Shown one piece after another: positions 1 to 10,166 of a stretch of 44,346 nt of DNA. The notes under the pieces were generated by a model. The model was not told the origin of the DNA. It ran no database searches and worked only from the letters and a program-made list of their open reading frames with translations. Position numbers and translations under genes: made by a program. Within the stretch, counting starts at the first letter, position 1. Each line of letters opens with the position of its first letter. The stretch is from Winogradskyella sp. (GTDB taxonomy: Bacteria; Fidelibacterota; Marinisomatia; Marinisomatales; AB-629-J13): positions 1 through 44,346 of the forward strand of contig CAXRJK010000128.1 in assembly GCA_964230865.1 (NCBI GenBank), read 5' to 3'.

Positions 1-598
1 ACAAGATCGGAAATGCAATCAAGAGAGATATAGACATGATAAGTCCATTGCCCACATCGGTATAAGCAACACTGAACAAACCAGCCAACATAGTGTAGGC
101 AATAATAAAAATTGCAGCTATGATTGTAGCTGTTTCCAAACTGATAAGACCTGTTCCAGATTTATCTGTGAGAATTGTATGTAACACTGCTCCTCCTGCA
201 TTATATTGATAACTTACAATAACCATATAAGCCATCACCAAAGCAATGACACTCAAAATTCTTGCAGTAGACCCATAGCGATCGCCAATAATTTCAGGTA
301 CAGTAAATTTTTTGTAAGAACGAACTTTACCTGCAATTTTAGTTAAAAGAAAAATTCCAAAAACACTTCCAATGGGAAGAATAAGTGCAGCCATTCCTGT
401 TGAGTATGTTTTACCTGCATTTCCTAAAATAGATCCGGTCCCAATCCAAGTTGCTAGCATAGTTCCAACCAGCACCCATGGGGTAAGGCTTCTCCCTGCT
501 ATCGCAAAGTCTGCTTGGGTTTTAATTTTACCTGCTTTGTATAATCCCACTCCAATAAGGATTATTAAATAAACTGATATAGTAACTAAATAAATCAA
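1..598 (-). CDS. Sodium:solute symporter (SSS) family transporter, 5' part only (gene runs off the left edge of the window)
   Basis: My own reverse-strand translation starts at a TTG at 598, with an in-frame stop upstream at 614-616. It reads LIYLVTISVYLIILIGVGLYKAGKIKTQADFAIAGRSLTPWVLVGTMLATWIGTGSILGNAGKTYSTGMAAL..., a typical SSS N-terminus (TM1, basic loop, AGRSL, glycine-rich TM2). It is absent from the ORF track because it is truncated. The listed + ORF 372..572 is its antisense shadow. Confidence 0.7.
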   Translation of the reverse strand, partial: MIYLVTISVYLIILIGVGLYKAGKIKTQADFAIAGRSLTPWVLVGTMLATWIGTGSILGNAGKTYSTGMAALILPIGSVFGIFLLTKIAGKVRSYKKFTVPEIIGDRYGSTARILSVIALVMAYMVIVSYQYNAGGAVLHTILTDKSGTGLISLETATIIAAIFIIAYTMLAGLFSVAYTDVGNGLIMSISLLIAFPIL

Positions 599-620
599 AC
601 TCTGAAGAATATTTCAGTAA

Positions 621-2378
621 TTAAAATTTGTCTAGCATCAACCGCCGCAGGTGGCGAATGGGGACTGACCCATGTGAGAGCAATTCTTCATGAAATTCTT
701 TCAGGTTAAAATTACTGCCCTTATCTTGTTCAACGTCTCGTCTCAAATCCAACATAAGTTCGCTTCCTACAAAATAAGTAGATAGCTGGCCAAATGATAA
801 CTGCGCTCTCCTCCATTTTGCAGAGGCCTCCGCTTCCTCTTGAAATGTCTCCTTAACCATCAGCTCTATAGCTTCCTCTTCTGTCATTGTACCAGCGTGA
901 ATTTTTTGGTCAATGATTGCGTTTGCTATCCCCCTCAGCTTCCACTTCATCTGTACCAAACTATATCTAGGGTCACCATTTCCAAAACCTTCATCGATCA
1001 TCATCCCCTCCGTATAATGTGCCCAACCTTCAATCATTACTCCACTTCCCAAAATAGATCGAATAATTGATGGGTGTCTATTTGCATAATATAGCTGTAC
1101 ATAATGTCCCGGGAGTGCTTCATGTATAGATAATATTTTCACAGAAATCCGATTATATTCTCTTAGGAATGATTCTGCTTTATTTTCAGACCAATCTTCA
1201 GGAATAGGAGACACATTGTAGTATGTTTTCAGATTATCTTCCAATGGCCCAGGAGCCTGAAGTGATGCTATTGAGAATCCACGCTGGTATTCAGGTGTTT
1301 CTCTGATCTCAAGGGGTTTAGATGGGTCTAGAGTTAACAAATCCTTCTCCAATATAAACTGGTTTAATTCATCAATAGTTTCCCGTGCATTTTTCACTAC
1401 TTCGTGTCGCTCAACATGGTCATCAGCTATCTTATTTAACACTTTTTCAATTACAAAGAGTTGGTCATCGTGTGATTCAATTTTTGGTTTGGTTTTAAAG
1501 AACTTTTCGTGCATTGGAACTGCTAAATCCAGCATCTCTAACTGAACTGACTTCAGCTCTGAGTGAGCACGACTCAATACCTCCTCTGCAGAGATACCTT
1601 CATTCAAAGTGTAGGGAAGTAATTTATTGTACAAACTTTCACCTAATCTAAAATTTCTGTGAGGTCCAGTATCAAGTTTATTTTCCAAAAATGCTTGATA
1701 TTTTTTTATGGCTTTGGATGCACTTTTCCCAGATTGGATTAAATCTTTTGAGAGGGTTGAGTCCAGATCTTCAATAAATAATAATAAATCTTCCTCTATA
1801 ACATTAATAAGGCCCTCACATTGATTGATGGCCGTTTCAAGATGAGGTTTAGGCATTTCGTCGAGTAATTTCTCAGCATTTTCAAGGAACAAAGATGTCC
1901 CTTGAATTCTCCCACTTAAACTCTTGGCTCTTTCATTCTTCGGAGAAAAATTATATCCCATTAGAGTTTCATATCCTGAACCAAGAGTCCAAACAGGTCC
2001 AGTTGGATCCCAGGTATAGCTCTTAATTTCACTCAAATAGAACACCGTTGCGTTCAAAGAGTGAACCATTAAATCATAATCTACCTGATCATTCAAATTT
2101 AAAAATTTTGGATTTATATTTCTTAGTTGGGAGAGAAAAGATTGGGTTATCGATTTTTCTTTAAGATAATCTTCCTTTTGGTTTAAAGGAAGTTTAGAGT
2201 CATATGTATGGATACCAATCCAGGTAGCGGTAACAGGATTTGATCTGAAATACCACTCCAGATATGATTCTCTTATTTTCCCAAATTTCTTTTCATCACT
2301 ATTATACATAATAACCAAAATAAAAAAGATTACAATTAATCCCACAAATGATATAGTTTTAGCCGGAGATATTTTCAT
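621..2378 (-). CDS. DUF885 family protein (putative metallopeptidase-like), N-terminally membrane anchored
   Basis: 585-aa ORF with an N-terminal hydrophobic anchor ([16 protein letters not shown]). It carries the family hallmark [10 protein letters not shown] followed by [11 protein letters not shown] in the C-terminal third. The assignment comes from motif recognition, not a search. Confidence 0.75.
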   Translation of the reverse strand: MKISPAKTISFVGLIVIFFILVIMYNSDEKKFGKIRESYLEWYFRSNPVTATWIGIHTYDSKLPLNQKEDYLKEKSITQSFLSQLRNINPKFLNLNDQVDYDLMVHSLNATVFYLSEIKSYTWDPTGPVWTLGSGYETLMGYNFSPKNERAKSLSGRIQGTSLFLENAEKLLDEMPKPHLETAINQCEGLINVIEEDLLLFIEDLDSTLSKDLIQSGKSASKAIKKYQAFLENKLDTGPHRNFRLGESLYNKLLPYTLNEGISAEEVLSRAHSELKSVQLEMLDLAVPMHEKFFKTKPKIESHDDQLFVIEKVLNKIADDHVERHEVVKNARETIDELNQFILEKDLLTLDPSKPLEIRETPEYQRGFSIASLQAPGPLEDNLKTYYNVSPIPEDWSENKAESFLREYNRISVKILSIHEALPGHYVQLYYANRHPSIIRSILGSGVMIEGWAHYTEGMMIDEGFGNGDPRYSLVQMKWKLRGIANAIIDQKIHAGTMTEEEAIELMVKETFQEEAEASAKWRRAQLSFGQLSTYFVGSELMLDLRRDVEQDKGSNFNLKEFHEELLSHGSVPIRHLRRLMLDKF

Positions 2379-2379
2379 C

Positions 2380-4617
2380 TTGAATTGTAAAATTAACCCG
2401 ATTTACCCCAAATTACAACGTCAACTATGTTTATTATTCAAATTTCTAATATTTTTATTTATTTTTTATGGATGTACAAAAAAATCAAATACTAAATCAT
2501 CAAACGAAATTGAAGTTAAAACCTTACAGAAGGGTTCCAAAATGAATCGACTTTCTAAAGAAAAAAGTCCTTATCTATTACAGCATGCAACCAATCCGGT
2601 AGACTGGTACCCTTGGAGTGAGGAGGCTTTTCAGGAAGCTCACAGTCAGGACAAACCGATATTCCTATCTATTGGATATTCCACATGTCACTGGTGCCAC
2701 GTGATGGAGCATGAATCTTTTGAGGACGAGGAAGTAGCAAACCTCATGAATGAACATTTTATTTCTATAAAGGTTGACCGAGAAGAACGTCCTGAAATTG
2801 ATCATGTGTATATGTCTGTCTGTCAAGCAATGACCGGAAGGGGTGGTTGGCCTCTGACAATTATTATGACACCTAACAAAGAACCATTTTTTTCTGGAAC
2901 CTATTTTCCAAAACACGGAAGAGCTAATCGACCAGGTATGATGCAGCTACTACCTGCAATTGCCAGCAATTGGCAAAACGATAGAGAAAAACTTACTGGA
3001 AATATATCTAAAATAAAAGACTACCTGGAACAAACCAATACCAAGGCTATCGGAGATTTCCCTGATCAATCTATTTTGAATGATGGGTTTGCCCAATTTC
3101 AGCAAAGATATGACCACGAGTTTGGAGGATTCAGTACCGCTCCCAAATTTCCTTCTCCTCAGGATTTTATATTTTTACTGAGATATTACTATGAGACAAA
3201 AGATGAAGCTCCACTCCAAATGGTTGAGAATACACTGCAACACATGAGACAAGGTGGGATTTGGGATCATATTGGGTTTGGATTTCATCGTTATTCTACA
3301 GATAAACACTGGCTTGTACCTCATTTTGAGAAAATGCTATACGATCAGGCAATGCTGGCAATGGCTTATCTAGAAACTTATCAGGTTACAAAAAAAGAGT
3401 TTTACGCTGAAACTGCACGTGAAATATTTACATATGTTTTAAGGGATATGACCAGCCCTGAGGGAGGATTTTACTCCGCTGAAGATGCTGATAGCGAGGG
3501 GGAGGAGGGACTATTTTATCTTTGGACTGTTGAGGAAATTAAATCTATACTGGGAGAGGAACAGGGAAATAAATTTATTTCACTATACAATATGAATGAA
3601 AAGGGAAATTTTCGCGATGAAGCAACACATCAGTTTAACGGAAAAAATATTTTACATCACAAAGGCTCTAAAAAAGAAATCAGCAGGTCACTAAATTTAA
3701 GTGAAGAAAATCTGATTGGATTTATTGAAAATACTAGAATCACACTTATGGAAGAAAGAAAAAAACGGATTCACCCATTGAAAGATGATAAAATTCTCAC
3801 AGATTGGAACGGTTTAATGATTGCTGCAATGGCTAAAGGAGCTTCTGTTTTGCAAGAACCGTTCTATTTAAAAGCTGCTGAAAAAGCAGCAGATTTTGTT
3901 TTAAAAAAATTGATAAATAATAAAGGAAGACTTTTAAAACGTTATAGGACTGGTGATTCCGCTCTAATTGGACACTTAGATGATTACGCGTTTATGATCT
4001 GGGGATTGTTAAACCTTTATGAGGTTGAATTCAAAACTAAATATCTTAAATCTGCTATTGCGCTTGCGACTGTCATGGATGATGATTTCAGCGATGAAAA
4101 AAATGGAGGGTTCTTCCTTGGAAGTGACACCGCTGAAAAACTTATCATTAGAGCAAAAACAGGGTACGATGGTGCAATTCCCTCTGGAAATTCAATTGCT
4201 GTTTTAGTATTAAATCGTTTGTACCGAATGACAGGAGATTCTAAGTGGGCCGCTTTAGCTGAAAAAACCCTAAGAGCTTTTTCAAAAGACCTGAAAAGAG
4301 TTCCCTCCGGATATACAGCTATGTTGTTAGGGTTCATGTTTGAATCATATGGCTCTAAGGAAATTGTGGTAGTGGGAAGCAGCAAACAAAAAGAAACAAA
4401 GTCAGTTATAAAAATCTTTCAAACTCTTTACATTCCTCAGCGTATTTTGATTTATAAAGATACAAATAAAGAACATAATTCCATTTCTCAGCTTGCGCCT
4501 TGGACAAAGTATCACGAATCTAAGAATGGCAAACCCACCGTTTACATTTGTGAAGATTTTGCCTGCAATTTGCCAACCACAGACTTGGAAAAAGCCGTAA
4601 ATATGATTAATAAATAA
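2380..4617 (+). CDS. Thioredoxin-domain protein of the YyaL/SSP411 (DUF255) type with a C-terminal six-hairpin (alpha/alpha)6 domain
   Basis: [65 protein letters not shown] is the canonical DUF255 N-terminus, including the CxxC-like CHWC. The start is ambiguous. TTG at 2380 gives a lipoprotein-like leader ([22 protein letters not shown]), whereas ATG at 2542 (preceded by gaaggg) gives a leaderless protein. Confidence 0.85.
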   Translation: MNCKINPIYPKLQRQLCLLFKFLIFLFIFYGCTKKSNTKSSNEIEVKTLQKGSKMNRLSKEKSPYLLQHATNPVDWYPWSEEAFQEAHSQDKPIFLSIGYSTCHWCHVMEHESFEDEEVANLMNEHFISIKVDREERPEIDHVYMSVCQAMTGRGGWPLTIIMTPNKEPFFSGTYFPKHGRANRPGMMQLLPAIASNWQNDREKLTGNISKIKDYLEQTNTKAIGDFPDQSILNDGFAQFQQRYDHEFGGFSTAPKFPSPQDFIFLLRYYYETKDEAPLQMVENTLQHMRQGGIWDHIGFGFHRYSTDKHWLVPHFEKMLYDQAMLAMAYLETYQVTKKEFYAETAREIFTYVLRDMTSPEGGFYSAEDADSEGEEGLFYLWTVEEIKSILGEEQGNKFISLYNMNEKGNFRDEATHQFNGKNILHHKGSKKEISRSLNLSEENLIGFIENTRITLMEERKKRIHPLKDDKILTDWNGLMIAAMAKGASVLQEPFYLKAAEKAADFVLKKLINNKGRLLKRYRTGDSALIGHLDDYAFMIWGLLNLYEVEFKTKYLKSAIALATVMDDDFSDEKNGGFFLGSDTAEKLIIRAKTGYDGAIPSGNSIAVLVLNRLYRMTGDSKWAALAEKTLRAFSKDLKRVPSGYTAMLLGFMFESYGSKEIVVVGSSKQKETKSVIKIFQTLYIPQRILIYKDTNKEHNSISQLAPWTKYHESKNGKPTVYICEDFACNLPTTDLEKAVNMINK

Positions 4618-4640
4618 CTTAAAACATTCGGACGATTAAT

Positions 4641-5876
4641 ATGAAAAAAATACAACTTCACTGGCAGGTTTTAGGGGCTATGGTTCTGGGAGTAATCTTT
4701 GCCTTGATCTTTAAAGAAAAATCAATAATTGTTGCACCACTAGGAACAATTTTTATGCGATTATTGAAAATGATAATAGTACCCTTAGTTTTCTTTTCAA
4801 TCTCAAGTGGAGTAGCCAGTCTTTCTGATAGTCGAACATTAGGTAGAATCGGGTTAAAAACTTTCGGATACTATTTTTTATCATCAATCCTTGCAATTCT
4901 AATAGGATTGACTCTTACCAACATTATCCAACCTGGAGTTGGCCTCAATTTACCCTCTCAATCAAGTTCATTTGACCCTGAATCCCTTTCAAAACCCAAT
5001 TCTCTAGGTGAGATAATTATTCGAATGATACCTACAAATCCACTTTCTGCTGCGGTAAATGGGGATATGCTAGCACTGATTTTTTGGTCAATTGTATTCG
5101 GTTTTTCAGTGACTCGAATTAGAGGAAAACATCAAGAATTCTTAAATAATTTTCTTAATGCTGGATTCAGTGCCATGATGAAATTAACACAAGGGATTAT
5201 TCGATTACTCCCAATAGGAGTTTTTGGACTGATCACAAAAGCAGTTTCCTCAACAGGATTCGAATTATTTAAAGCTGTGGGGCAATATATGCTAACAATT
5301 GTATTTGGACTTTCAATCCATTGGTTGATTATCCTACCACTATTGTTTTATCTTTTTTCAAGAGTAAATCCAATTCTGCATTATCGAGCGATGGCGTCTG
5401 CATTTGCTACCGCATTTTCTACTAGCAGCTCTGGAGCAACATTACCGGTTACTATGGATTGCATCGAAAATAAAGTAGGTGTTTCAAACAAAACATCTAG
5501 TTTTGTACTACCGCTTGGAGCCACTATCAATATGGATGGTACTGCCCTCTATGAGTGTGCCGGGGTATTATTTATATCGCAGGTCATCCTTCCAGAACCC
5601 TTGACACTTGGGGCCCAAGCACTTGTTGTCATCACAGCTTTTCTTGCTTCTGTCGGTGCCGCAGCTATCCCATCTGCCGGATTGGTGATGATTTTTATTG
5701 TGTTGGACGCGGTTGGCCTGGGTGACCATCCTGGTGCTGCGATGATTGTAGGAACCATGCTGGCAGTTGACAGGCCTCTCGATATGTTCCGTACCATGGT
5801 AAATATCACCAGCGATAGCATAGGAGCTTCGATCATTGCAAAAAGTGAAGGTGAAACTAACTTATATAAAGGTTAA
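4641..5876 (+). CDS. Dicarboxylate/amino acid:cation symporter (DAACS, GltP/SstT-like)
   Basis: 411-aa polytopic membrane ORF with DAACS signatures (AFSTSSSGATLPVT, PLGATINMDGTALYE, DMFRTMVNITSDS). Confidence 0.85.
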   Translation: MKKIQLHWQVLGAMVLGVIFALIFKEKSIIVAPLGTIFMRLLKMIIVPLVFFSISSGVASLSDSRTLGRIGLKTFGYYFLSSILAILIGLTLTNIIQPGVGLNLPSQSSSFDPESLSKPNSLGEIIIRMIPTNPLSAAVNGDMLALIFWSIVFGFSVTRIRGKHQEFLNNFLNAGFSAMMKLTQGIIRLLPIGVFGLITKAVSSTGFELFKAVGQYMLTIVFGLSIHWLIILPLLFYLFSRVNPILHYRAMASAFATAFSTSSSGATLPVTMDCIENKVGVSNKTSSFVLPLGATINMDGTALYECAGVLFISQVILPEPLTLGAQALVVITAFLASVGAAAIPSAGLVMIFIVLDAVGLGDHPGAAMIVGTMLAVDRPLDMFRTMVNITSDSIGASIIAKSEGETNLYKG

Positions 5877-6415
5877 TTTTTATCAAGAAAGCAAAGCCAT
5901 AATAGTCCAATCACAGTTTTAACATCAGTGATCTCTCCGTTTTTTACCATATTTATTGCTTTTTCAGGGGTAGTTTGAATAAGCTCCAAAAATTCATCCT
6001 CATCTTTTTTCTCTGATGTTTTGGTCAAATCTTCTGCAAGATATATCCACATTTTTTCGTTGCAAAATCCAATAGCAGGATGAATGTTAGTCAGGAATGT
6101 AAGGGTTTTTGCAGTATATCCAATTTCCTCTTCTAGCTCCCTCTTTGCGCAAGATTCGGGTGATTCTCCTTTATCAAGTTTACCTGCAGGAAACTCGATA
6201 AATTCATTTTTTGCGGCATAGCGATATTGACGTATGAGCCCCAGTTTACCATTAGGAAAAACAGGAATAATACAGGCTGCTCCAGGATGATCAATCCACT
6301 CTCGAGTGCTTGTTTTACCATTCGGCAGTAAGACTTTATCGATATAAACTTCCAATAATCGACCTGAAAATAATTGTTTAGATGAGAGCTCTTTTTCGGT
6401 CAGATCAACTTTCAA
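5873..6415 (-). CDS. NUDIX hydrolase, ADP-ribose pyrophosphatase-like
   Basis: Nudix box GKLDKGESPESCAKRELEEEIGY (Gx5Ex7REUxEExGU) in a 180-aa ORF. It has a TTG start and overlaps the convergent DAACS gene by 4 bp. Confidence 0.85.
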   Translation of the reverse strand: MKVDLTEKELSSKQLFSGRLLEVYIDKVLLPNGKTSTREWIDHPGAACIIPVFPNGKLGLIRQYRYAAKNEFIEFPAGKLDKGESPESCAKRELEEEIGYTAKTLTFLTNIHPAIGFCNEKMWIYLAEDLTKTSEKKDEDEFLELIQTTPEKAINMVKNGEITDVKTVIGLLWLCFLDKN

Positions 6416-6420
6416 AAGGA

Positions 6421-6939
6421 TTACTGGAGAGCTATGATCGACTGGAGAGCTTCTTTCATGTCTGCTTCGGTCATCTTTCCTTTGTATAAACCTCTGACAA
6501 TTCTCTCTCTGTCTAAAATGATAACGTTATAACTGTCCTCTCGAAGATTCCAGCTATCTCTTAAGGCTGCGTTAAAATCAAACAAAACGGTCGTATCAAA
6601 CTTTTTTGCTTTTTTCCCTCCAATGGCACGAATTAAAAAATCTGGTTTCCATGAGCTAGCACAATCAGCAATACCGATTCCCTTGTATGAATCCCTTACA
6701 ATGAGACTGTCAATATCAATGGCTTTTTTAACACGGTCATTAAATTCTTCATTCATCTCAGATTCATCTGGATCTACATAGTTAATTTGTAAGACCATCC
6801 CCTCCCAGCTATCCATTGTAAATAGAGATCCATCAGCATCAGGGAGTTGCCAATCTGGTGCTTTCATTCCTACTACAAGTGAGGTTTGTGAGATTAAAAT
6901 TGAAAAACAAAAAAGAATGATACGTAATATTGATTTCAT
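6421..6939 (-). CDS. Secreted thioredoxin-fold protein without CxxC, YtfJ-like
   Basis: Signal peptide (...SILIS/QTS). It shows redoxin-like spacing (MKAPDWQLPDADGSLFTMDSWEGMVLQINYVD) with the Cys pair absent. The C-terminal half (VLFDFNAALRDSWNLREDSYNVIILDRERIV...MTEADMKEAL) resembles E. coli YtfJ as I recall it. Confidence 0.5.
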   Translation of the reverse strand: MKSILRIILFCFSILISQTSLVVGMKAPDWQLPDADGSLFTMDSWEGMVLQINYVDPDESEMNEEFNDRVKKAIDIDSLIVRDSYKGIGIADCASSWKPDFLIRAIGGKKAKKFDTTVLFDFNAALRDSWNLREDSYNVIILDRERIVRGLYKGKMTEADMKEALQSIIALQ

Positions 6940-7713
6940 CTAAAAATATTCAATGTAAGTAATCTTGAGTTCTCGATTGAAATAATTTACTTTGTCCTCA
7001 TCAAAGAGAAGATTATTAAAATCTAGTTCAATGTGGAGATGATCCACAAATGTCCATCGCAAAGCTGCATTTAAATATCCACCCTTATTGAGAGCAAGAT
7101 TCTTCGCTGTCATATCATTTTCATTTAATGCAGCATTATATTCAAATAAAAGTGATATCTCTGGGTTGATTTCCATATCCAAACCAAAAAACAAATTTGG
7201 GTCATCATCGCCATCCCTATCTTCTAAGAAATTATATCCTATTCCCGCGTGTAATCCAGCATTCCCCAGGGGAGTTTTCCAGTTTTTGCTTGATGAGATA
7301 TAGGCACCATATGCTTTAATATCATACCTTTGTAGTGTATCTACATCAGTATAATCTCCAAACCCCTGCGTATTTAATCCAATAGCACAACCAGGAGCAG
7401 AATCAGTTTCATCTAACAAATGGTATTTTAAATTGACCTCTGGACGCGGATACCAGTGAAGTGTGTCATCTCCAATAAGATTTCCTGCACCATAAGAAAG
7501 TCCAAATTGAAAACGGTCGGTAATTCCAACAGTAAGCCCTGTGGTTAAACCACCTCTTTTCTGAACCCGCATTTCCATGGAAAAACTTCCACGAACCAAT
7601 GTCCCCGCAGTTGGTACTGTAATTAAATTAGTAGGAGGTGGGTAGGTAGTCCCCTGAGAGAAAATTAAATTAAAAAATAATGCAATGATTAATATTCGGT
7701 ATGTGTTTTTCAT
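6940..7713 (-). CDS. Small outer-membrane beta-barrel protein, function unknown
   Basis: Signal peptide (...NLIFS/QGT), alternating amphipathic beta pattern, and a C-terminal aromatic residue (..ITYIEYF). Confidence 0.5.
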   Translation of the reverse strand: MKNTYRILIIALFFNLIFSQGTTYPPPTNLITVPTAGTLVRGSFSMEMRVQKRGGLTTGLTVGITDRFQFGLSYGAGNLIGDDTLHWYPRPEVNLKYHLLDETDSAPGCAIGLNTQGFGDYTDVDTLQRYDIKAYGAYISSSKNWKTPLGNAGLHAGIGYNFLEDRDGDDDPNLFFGLDMEINPEISLLFEYNAALNENDMTAKNLALNKGGYLNAALRWTFVDHLHIELDFNNLLFDEDKVNYFNRELKITYIEYF

Positions 7714-7779
7714 AGTGTTTTTGATTTTAATTAAAAGTCAATTTAGCTGAAGATTTTTATTAAACCAACAGAGAGTTTT

Positions 7780-9159
7780 TCATTTTATAGGGTTTAGATT
7801 CTCATCCAATTGATTAGATAATCTGAACCTAAAAATTGAACTTACACTTGGGTCACAAACGTAAATTACGCCCTTAGGGTCTACTGCAATCCCTGAAGGT
7901 GAATTTAAAAGATCCTTTTTCTCTAATACCATAAAAGTATCCGTCATTGTGGAATCTAGTCCATCATATAGCCATATAGATGTATCAACCGTAACATATT
8001 CTATTCCCGCTTTTTTGAAAAACTGACCGATATTATTAAAAATCTGTATTTCCCTCTCATAGGTGTTAGCCACATAAATATATTGGTATTTGTCTACAGC
8101 TACATCCGAAGGGTCTTCAAAACGGTATAAATCCATGATATCATTTACACCTTGCTGAAACACAGAAGGATAGACAGGATATGTTCCGCTTATTATTGGT
8201 TGAATTTTATGAATCTGAAAATAATCACCCCACTGAGCATAATAAATGTTTCCTTCATCATCAGAATCTATTCCCATTGGTTGATTTACTGTCCCAGCTC
8301 CTGTGCCGTATTCTGACACGGTATGATCATATACTAAGTCATGAGACCAGATTTCTTCTCCAGAAGACAATCTGATTAATTGTGACCTTACCAAACTCAA
8401 AGCAAGAATACGGTCATACGTTTTATCGGTTACATATATATTTTTTGATTCGCTTTTTATTGAAGTAATAGCTGAAAAAGAAGAGTGAGTACTGGAATAC
8501 CAAATATCACCGATTGTATCATTAGAAAATCCGTCATATATACAATGTATGCCAATTAGAGAATCAATCGTGACTTGGTCTGTTGACCATTCAATTTCGA
8601 TTAATTCCCAATCTGGGTTGTTTACTGCTGTCAACCATAAATCGCTTTGAGAAACAATAAAACTATCTTCATTTGTATCTGTTAGAAACCTCCCTCCAGC
8701 TGCAAAAGAATCAACTCCTTTCTGATTCCAAAGCTGATTCCAACGATAAACCTTTTCATTCCCATCAATAAAAAAAACATTCATACGACTGTCAATATCC
8801 ACATCAATTGGTGAGATGAATTCATCTCCTGTATGCACATTCTCCAGAGCCTCAAATCCAGTTTGTTTTATACCACCTTGGTTAAATACAAAAATGGATC
8901 TTGCTGATGAATCAGCAATAAAAATTAACCCATCGTGTGAAATAGAAATTTCAACGGGAGATTGTAATCCTTTTTCTTGGTTCCACAGCGGATTCACCAA
9001 TAAATATGTTGTGTCGCCCGCAGAAAATTCAGCATTCGTATGTATTTCAGATGGCAGAGACATTTTATCAATACAACCGTAACTATTCCATATACAAAAC
9101 ACTAACACAAAAAGAATCTTAGTAGAAAAATTTTCAATCAGACTTTTGCTTTTAAACAT
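7780..9159 (-). CDS. Lipoprotein with NHL-like six-bladed beta-propeller repeats
   Basis: Lipobox NSYG/C. It has repeated blades of the form PxGIAVDxxGxIYVxDxxxxxIxxF (PSGIAVDPKGVIYVCDPSVSSIFRF; PMGIDSDDEGNIYYAQ; PSDVAVDKYQYIYVANTYEREIQIFN; PVEISISHDGLIFIADSSARSIFVFN). Confidence 0.5.
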   Translation of the reverse strand: MFKSKSLIENFSTKILFVLVFCIWNSYGCIDKMSLPSEIHTNAEFSAGDTTYLLVNPLWNQEKGLQSPVEISISHDGLIFIADSSARSIFVFNQGGIKQTGFEALENVHTGDEFISPIDVDIDSRMNVFFIDGNEKVYRWNQLWNQKGVDSFAAGGRFLTDTNEDSFIVSQSDLWLTAVNNPDWELIEIEWSTDQVTIDSLIGIHCIYDGFSNDTIGDIWYSSTHSSFSAITSIKSESKNIYVTDKTYDRILALSLVRSQLIRLSSGEEIWSHDLVYDHTVSEYGTGAGTVNQPMGIDSDDEGNIYYAQWGDYFQIHKIQPIISGTYPVYPSVFQQGVNDIMDLYRFEDPSDVAVDKYQYIYVANTYEREIQIFNNIGQFFKKAGIEYVTVDTSIWLYDGLDSTMTDTFMVLEKKDLLNSPSGIAVDPKGVIYVCDPSVSSIFRFRLSNQLDENLNPIK

Positions 9160-9164
9160 ATAAT

Positions 9165-10166
9165 TTAAAAAGACAGGCCCAGTGAGAATCTGCTGGGCGG
9201 TGATAAATGTTGAAAGTGAGTGTAAGCATAATCTGCTTCTATTATAATTAATCCTATTTTTTTTCTCACCCCAAACCCAAATGAATAATCTACTTCATCC
9301 TTATTTAGTTTATATCCACCCCTAAGAAACAAAGAACGCAGTAATGAATATTCCATCCCCAATGAAATATTTTCTGAATTATCTACAGGATGATTTAGCT
9401 GAACAGATACGGTTAAATTCTGTTCAGATAATTCAAGAATATCCATTGCCACTCCAACTCTAAACACTGTGGGTGGTGAAAATAATTCAAATTCAGTTTC
9501 AATTTCTACTTCCTCTCCTGTATCCATATCCAGAATACGTTTTATAAATGTACCCTCTGGTTTTGTCTGAGGCCCAAAGTGTAATAAGGACGCTGAGAAT
9601 CTCAATGACCTGAAACCTGTCCAGTAAAAGGTACCCATATCTAGCAAGAATGTGGACATATTATGGCCAGCTAAATCTTCAGTTACACTTTTGAGTGTAA
9701 CTCCAAAACTAAATCTGTCTGTCATCTTTGATCCATAGGTTAATCCGATGAATCTATCTTGAAATACAAAATATTTACCTGTGCCATGGGGATTGTATTC
9801 CGTGGTTTCAAGCATGGGCTTCATATGAAGAACCCCTGCAGAAACCCCAATGTGATGTCTTTGATTTATTGATGTAGCAACAGAAAAATAATCATATTGA
9901 ATATCTGCTGGCCACTGAATCCGTGAAACGGAAATTTGTGTTTGACTGAACTGAGCAACTGTAGCAGGATTATAAAATATTGATGACGCATTTTGATGGT
10001 GAGCGACAACCGCTTCTGCCATCCCCTCCGCTTTTGCACTTACACCAATTTTTAAAAATGTGAAAACCGAGGTACCAGCTCTTTGACCACCAAGAATAGG
10101 GAATAAATTCTGACTATACAAAAGAGAAGAAAATAGAAAAAGTATATGCGCTATTTTTAGCTTCAA
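9165..10166 (-). CDS. PorV/PorQ-family (FadL-like) outer-membrane barrel
   Basis: After the signal peptide (..LLYS/QNL) the sequence reads GTSVFTFLKIGVSAKAEGMAEAVVAHHQNASSIFYNPATVAQ. This matches the PorV/PorQ N-terminal pattern (FLxIGxxARaxGMGxAxxA...NPAg). The TTG start overlaps the stop of the TonB-dependent receptor gene (TTGA). Confidence 0.6.
   Translation of the reverse strand: MKLKIAHILFLFSSLLYSQNLFPILGGQRAGTSVFTFLKIGVSAKAEGMAEAVVAHHQNASSIFYNPATVAQFSQTQISVSRIQWPADIQYDYFSVATSINQRHHIGVSAGVLHMKPMLETTEYNPHGTGKYFVFQDRFIGLTYGSKMTDRFSFGVTLKSVTEDLAGHNMSTFLLDMGTFYWTGFRSLRFSASLLHFGPQTKPEGTFIKRILDMDTGEEVEIETEFELFSPPTVFRVGVAMDILELSEQNLTVSVQLNHPVDNSENISLGMEYSLLRSLFLRGGYKLNKDEVDYSFGFGVRKKIGLIIIEADYAYTHFQHLSPPSRFSLGLSF

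Noticed and set aside
372-572. 66-aa + strand ORF from the track
   Set aside because: It lies entirely antisense to a well-supported SSS transporter reading frame and has no recognisable features. It is a shadow ORF.
5873-5876. 4-bp convergent overlap (TTAA) of the DAACS and NUDIX genes with no room for terminators
   Set aside because: Shared-stop convergent overlaps are common in compact genomes. I found no hairpin or other structure nearby, so it is noted only as context.
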